Made by a program: the position numbers and the translations under genes. From Solirubrobacteraceae bacterium (GTDB lineage Bacteria > Actinomycetota > Thermoleophilia > Solirubrobacterales > Solirubrobacteraceae), in contig DATJTQ010000179.1 of assembly GCA_035503355.1 (NCBI GenBank), forward strand, positions 1 through 58,475: a stretch of DNA of 58,475 nucleotides, in the 5' to 3' direction. The notes under the pieces are model-generated. The model was not told where the DNA came from and did not search any database. It worked only from the letters and a program-made list of their open reading frames with translations. Below are positions 54,554 to 58,475 of this stretch, piece by piece; position 1 is the first letter of the stretch, and every line of letters starts with the position of its first letter.

Positions 54554-56155
54554 CTAGCTCCGCCTGATCGCGTCCTTGGCCAGCCGCCCGCCAAGGCGCA
54601 TGAGCGGCACCGCCCCGTCGCGCAGCGCCGCTGCCCGGATCGACGGCCGTCCGTAGAGAATCTTGGCGGTCTGGCTCAGCGCCCTGCCGAGCGTCTCGTC
54701 GTAGGGGTGCCACCACGGGTTGCGGATGGCCGACGGCTCCCACACCCGCAGCTTGACGTTGACGCATTCATACAGGCCGAACTTGGAGTGGGTGCGGCCC
54801 AGCCCGGACTCCTTGACCCCGCCCCAGGCGCACTGGCAGGCGCCGTGGCTGAACATGTGGTCGTTGATCCACACCATCCCCGACTGAAGCTCTGAGGCGA
54901 ACCGCTCCCCGGTGCCGCGGTCCGACGTCCACACCGAGGCGCCCAGGCCGAAGTCCGAGTCGTTGGCCAGCGCCAGCGCCTCGTCCTCAGAGTCCACGGT
55001 GATGATCGGCAGCACCGGACCGAAGATCTCCTCGCGCATGATCCGCATCTCATGGGTGACGCCGGTGAGCACCGCCGGGGCATAGAAGTCGCCCGGCAGC
55101 CCGGGGGCAGGCGGCGCATCGAGCGGGCCGCCGCACTCAAGCGTCGCCCCCGCGGCCACCGCATCGTCGACGAGCTCGCGCACGATCTCGAACTGCTCAC
55201 GCGAGACCATCGGCCCGATCTCGGTGTCCCAACCCAGCGGGTCGCCCACGCGCAGCGCCCGCGCGCCCGCGACGACCGCGGCGGTGAAGCGCTCAGCCAC
55301 CTCGCGCATCACGTAGACGCGCTCGATGCCCGAGCAGGTCTGCCCTGCGTTGGCAAACCCGCCCCACAGCGCGCCGGCCACGGCGTGCTCGAGGTTGGCG
55401 TCGCCCAGCACGATCATCGGGTCCTTGCCGCCCAGCTCGAGCACCGAGCCCTTGAGGCGCCGGGCGCACTCCTCGCCCACCCCGCGCCCGGTCTGGACCG
55501 ACCCGGTGAAGAACACCTTGGCGACATCGGAGGTGACCACGGCCGACCCGGTGCCCGGCCCGTGCAGGACCCGGATCAGACCCTCGGGCACCCCGGCGCG
55601 CTCGAACACCCGGGCGATGCGCTCGCCCAGCAGCGGTGTCAGCGACGCCGGCTTGAGCACCACGCCGTTGCCGGCTATCAGCGCCAGCGCCACCTCGCCG
55701 AAGGGGATGCTCCAGGGGTAGTTCCACGGCGAGATGACGCCGATCACCCCCAGCGGCTCGTAGGTGAAGGCGGTGTGCTTGGTCTTGAGGAACAGCTGGG
55801 GCATGGGGACCGACTCGTCGGCCAGGATGCGCTGCCCCTCGCCGGCGATCCAGTGCAGCGCGTCGATCGTCGGCAGCACCTCCATCGCGAAGGCCTCGTT
55901 GCGCGGCTTGCCCTGCTCGGCGACGATGAGATCGCGGATCTCATCGGACTCGTCGATGAGCACCTGGGCGGCGCGCTCGAGGTAGCGGGCGCGGTCACGC
56001 AGCGTCAGCTGCGCCCAGAACGGCTGCACCTTGGCCACGTCGGCGACGACGGCCGGCACCTCCCCGGGCGCGGTCACCGGTACCGCGCCCAGACGGGCGC
56101 CGGTGGCGGGATTGAAGGACTCGAGCTGTCGTGTGGCGGAGGCGGTGGCGGTCAT
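54554..56155 (-). CDS. Aldehyde dehydrogenase
   Basis: [29 protein letters not shown]. Confidence 0.95.
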   Translation of the reverse strand: MTATASATRQLESFNPATGARLGAVPVTAPGEVPAVVADVAKVQPFWAQLTLRDRARYLERAAQVLIDESDEIRDLIVAEQGKPRNEAFAMEVLPTIDALHWIAGEGQRILADESVPMPQLFLKTKHTAFTYEPLGVIGVISPWNYPWSIPFGEVALALIAGNGVVLKPASLTPLLGERIARVFERAGVPEGLIRVLHGPGTGSAVVTSDVAKVFFTGSVQTGRGVGEECARRLKGSVLELGGKDPMIVLGDANLEHAVAGALWGGFANAGQTCSGIERVYVMREVAERFTAAVVAGARALRVGDPLGWDTEIGPMVSREQFEIVRELVDDAVAAGATLECGGPLDAPPAPGLPGDFYAPAVLTGVTHEMRIMREEIFGPVLPIITVDSEDEALALANDSDFGLGASVWTSDRGTGERFASELQSGMVWINDHMFSHGACQCAWGGVKESGLGRTHSKFGLYECVNVKLRVWEPSAIRNPWWHPYDETLGRALSQTAKILYGRPSIRAAALRDGAVPLMRLGGRLAKDAIRRS

Positions 56156-56526
56156 GCGGCCGAGCGTATCGCCGTGGCGTGGGCCACGAGCGCGCCGGTG
56201 AGCAGCTCGTCCAGGCCCTCGGTCAGATGCTCGTCGACGACGAGGAGCGTGGGCTGTGTGGGTCGGTCCAGCTCGACGGCACCGATGCCCAGCACCGTCT
56301 CGCGCGCATCGATGAGGGCGGTGGCGCAGAGCACGAGCCTGCTGAGCAGGTCAAAGCTCACCAACCGCGCCAGCGACAGTTGGTGCACCGGCAGCTCCTG
56401 GCGCGCGTAGAGGTCCGCGACCGCCGCCAGGTCGCGGCGGCGGGCCAGGCGCAGGCACACGCGGGGCCCTCGCGGCAGCGGGTGATAGTGAGCGAGCAGC
56501 GCCCCTGGAGTCTGGCTCTCAGCCAT
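56152..56526 (-). CDS. Hypothetical protein
   Basis: Leaderless-type start; stop overlaps ALDH start. Confidence 0.65.
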   Translation of the reverse strand: MAESQTPGALLAHYHPLPRGPRVCLRLARRRDLAAVADLYARQELPVHQLSLARLVSFDLLSRLVLCATALIDARETVLGIGAVELDRPTQPTLLVVDEHLTEGLDELLTGALVAHATAIRSAA

Positions 56527-56606
56527 TCCTACAGCGTAGTAGCTTCCGGGCCCTCCGCGGTGACCGTCGCGTCACCTGAAGCGGCGCAAATACCCGCTTT
56601 GTGCAG

Positions 56607-57920
56607 CTATTTCGGCCCGTCTGCACGACCGCGCCCGCGTTGGATATCAACCAGGCGGTCGCGCAGATCCGCCTCGGCGTCGTCGGGGTCGTAGAAGTGC
56701 GCCCCGATGGCCGGGCCGGGCAGCAGCTCCTGCGGGCTCAGATGGCCGGGACGTCGGTGCGGGTTGTCGTACCCCCCGTCGCTGCGGGTGGAGGAGCGCA
56801 GGTGCGCGGGCGGCGGCACGGCGCCGTGCTGGGCGATGTAGTCGCGCGCGGCGAACACCGACCGCTTGGCCGCGTCGGATTTGGGGGCCAGCGACAGGTA
56901 GATCGCCGCCTGGGCCAGGGCGAACTGGGCCTCGGGGAGTCCCACGTGCTCGACGGCGGCGGCGGCCGCGGTGGCGACCGACAGCGCCTGGGGGTCGGCG
57001 TTGCCGATGTCCTCGGAGGCCAGGATCACCATCCGGCGCACGATGAAGCGCGGGTCCTCCCCACCCTCGAGCATCACCGCCAGGTAGTACAGCGAGGCGT
57101 CGGGATCCGAGCCACGCGTCGCCTTGATCCACGCCGAGATCGTGTCGTAGTGGTTGTCGGCCTGGCGGTCGTAGAGCAGCGCCCGGCGCTGCAGCGCGTC
57201 CTCGGCGTGGGCAAGCGTGACGTGGGCGGCGGGGTCAGCTCCGACGCCGGCCGCCTCGCAGGCGAGCTCCAGCGCGTTGAGCGCGGTCCGGGCGTCCCCG
57301 CCGGAGCGCTCGGCCAGGAACTCCAGCGCGTCGTCGTCGACCTGGTCCGGAGGGCCGCAGTGACCGGCCGCCACCGCGCGCACGAGCAGCGTCTTGACGG
57401 CCTCCGGCCCCAGGGCCTCGAGCTGATAGAGGTGGGTGCGCGAGATCAGCGCCGAGTTGACCTCGAAGTAGGGGTTCTCGGTGGTGGCGCCGATGAGCGT
57501 GATCACCCCGTCCTCCACGGCGGGCAGCAGCGCGTCCTGCTGGGCCTTGTTGAAGCGATGGATCTCGTCCAGGAAGAACACGGTCCGCCGGCCGGCCCGC
57601 AGCCGCTCGCGAGCGCGTTCGATGACGGCGCGGACCTCAGCGCGGCCCGCGGCGACCGCGCTCTCCTCCTCGAGCGCGGCATCCGAAGCACGGGCGACCA
57701 GGCGCGCCAGCGTCGTCTTGCCCGACCCCGGCGGCCCGTGCAGGATCATCGAGTGCGGATGGCCCTCCTCGATCGCCCGCCTGAGCGCCGAGCCCTGGCC
57801 GAGGAGGCGCTCCTGCCCCACGAGCTCGTCGAGGGTGGTGGGGCGCATGCGGGTGGCCAGCGGCACTTCGGCGCCGGCCGCCTCGCTCGGCGCCACATCC
57901 TCGCCGAACAGTCGTTCCAT
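56607..57920 (-). CDS. rarA: Replication-associated recombination protein A (RarA/MgsA)
   Basis: PLATRMRP, GPPGSGKTT, DEIHRFNKAQQD, GATTENP, SEDIGNADP. Confidence 0.95.
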   Translation of the reverse strand: MERLFGEDVAPSEAAGAEVPLATRMRPTTLDELVGQERLLGQGSALRRAIEEGHPHSMILHGPPGSGKTTLARLVARASDAALEEESAVAAGRAEVRAVIERARERLRAGRRTVFFLDEIHRFNKAQQDALLPAVEDGVITLIGATTENPYFEVNSALISRTHLYQLEALGPEAVKTLLVRAVAAGHCGPPDQVDDDALEFLAERSGGDARTALNALELACEAAGVGADPAAHVTLAHAEDALQRRALLYDRQADNHYDTISAWIKATRGSDPDASLYYLAVMLEGGEDPRFIVRRMVILASEDIGNADPQALSVATAAAAAVEHVGLPEAQFALAQAAIYLSLAPKSDAAKRSVFAARDYIAQHGAVPPPAHLRSSTRSDGGYDNPHRRPGHLSPQELLPGPAIGAHFYDPDDAEADLRDRLVDIQRGRGRADGPK

Positions 57921-57945
57921 GACCTGAGTATGAACGCGCCCGGGA

Positions 57946-58475
57946 CTAGGACCCGGAGAGGATGCTCCGGGCCGCATCGTGCACGTGACCGTTGGAGCCG
58001 ATGCCGTCGCCGCCCGCGGCGGTCACCGCGCCGCTGAAGTCGGTGAAGCGGCCGCCGGCCTCCTGGACGATCACCATCGGCGCCGCGACGTCCCACAGCG
58101 CCACCGTGGGGTCCAGCGCGATCTCGGCCGCGCCCTCGGCGACGAGCATGTACTGCCAGAAATCCCCGTAGCCGCGGGTGCGCCAGCACCGCTCCGACAG
58201 CGTCAGCAGCACCTCCAGACGGCCGCTCTGACGCCATTCCTCATGGCCCCCGAAACACATCTGGGCGTCGGCCAGCTCCCGGATCGCGGAAACGCGGATC
58301 GGGCGCGAGTCTGCGCCGGCGACATCGGTGGTGAAGGCGCCGGACCCGCGCGCGGCCCACCACCGCCGGCCCATGGCGGGCGCCGAGACGACGCCGAGGA
58401 CCATCTCGCCGGCCTCCTCGAGCGCCAGCAGGGTGCCCCATACCTGCATCCCCCGGACATAGCCCTTGGTCCCGT
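57946..58475 (-). CDS. hisN: Histidinol-phosphatase (IMPase family), 5'-truncated by window
   Basis: GTKGYVRG..VWGTL, RGYGDFWQY, WDVAA, EAGGRFT. Confidence 0.85.
   Translation of the reverse strand, partial: GTKGYVRGMQVWGTLLALEEAGEMVLGVVSAPAMGRRWWAARGSGAFTTDVAGADSRPIRVSAIRELADAQMCFGGHEEWRQSGRLEVLLTLSERCWRTRGYGDFWQYMLVAEGAAEIALDPTVALWDVAAPMVIVQEAGGRFTDFSGAVTAAGGDGIGSNGHVHDAARSILSGS

Noticed and set aside
188-58460. Many long alternative-frame and antisense ORFs (e.g. 188-1918, 16381-17943, 26503-28482)
   Set aside because: Arg/Pro/Gly-rich shadow ORFs expected at high GC, overlapping well-supported genes.
1-58475. Mobile elements, rRNA, tRNA
   Set aside because: No transposase, integrase, phage gene or structural RNA gene recognised.

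Overview
High-GC actinobacterial DNA. Gene content, leaderless starts and a System I ccm cluster suggest Solirubrobacterales/Thermoleophilia (inference). About 1-36 kb is a large surface-glycan locus: Wzx-like flippase, Wzm/Wzt ABC exporter, many GT2/GT4 and WsaF-like glycosyltransferases, RmlC, epimerases, four methyltransferases, a sulfotransferase-like protein, a GT-C-like membrane protein, an O-antigen-ligase/TPR protein and a secreted triple-repeat protein. About 36-45 kb is accessory: an SF2 helicase with a structured leader and acidic insert; a membrane HD-GYP phosphodiesterase divergent from a secreted protein under a c-di-GMP-I riboswitch; and a minus-strand unit of an unannotated 15-aa peptide ORF, a strong hairpin, an (AGCGGGG)9 repeat, an MFS transporter and an Xaa-Pro peptidase. 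About 45-58 kb is housekeeping: birA, DUF62, cobA-hemD, hemC, hemA, ccmDCBA, mog, moaC, sirC-like, ALDH, rarA, hisN. The best candidates for undescribed systems are the peptide/repeat/MFS/peptidase unit (42485-45172) and the riboswitch/HD-GYP module (40087-42395). All calls were made by eye, without database searches.
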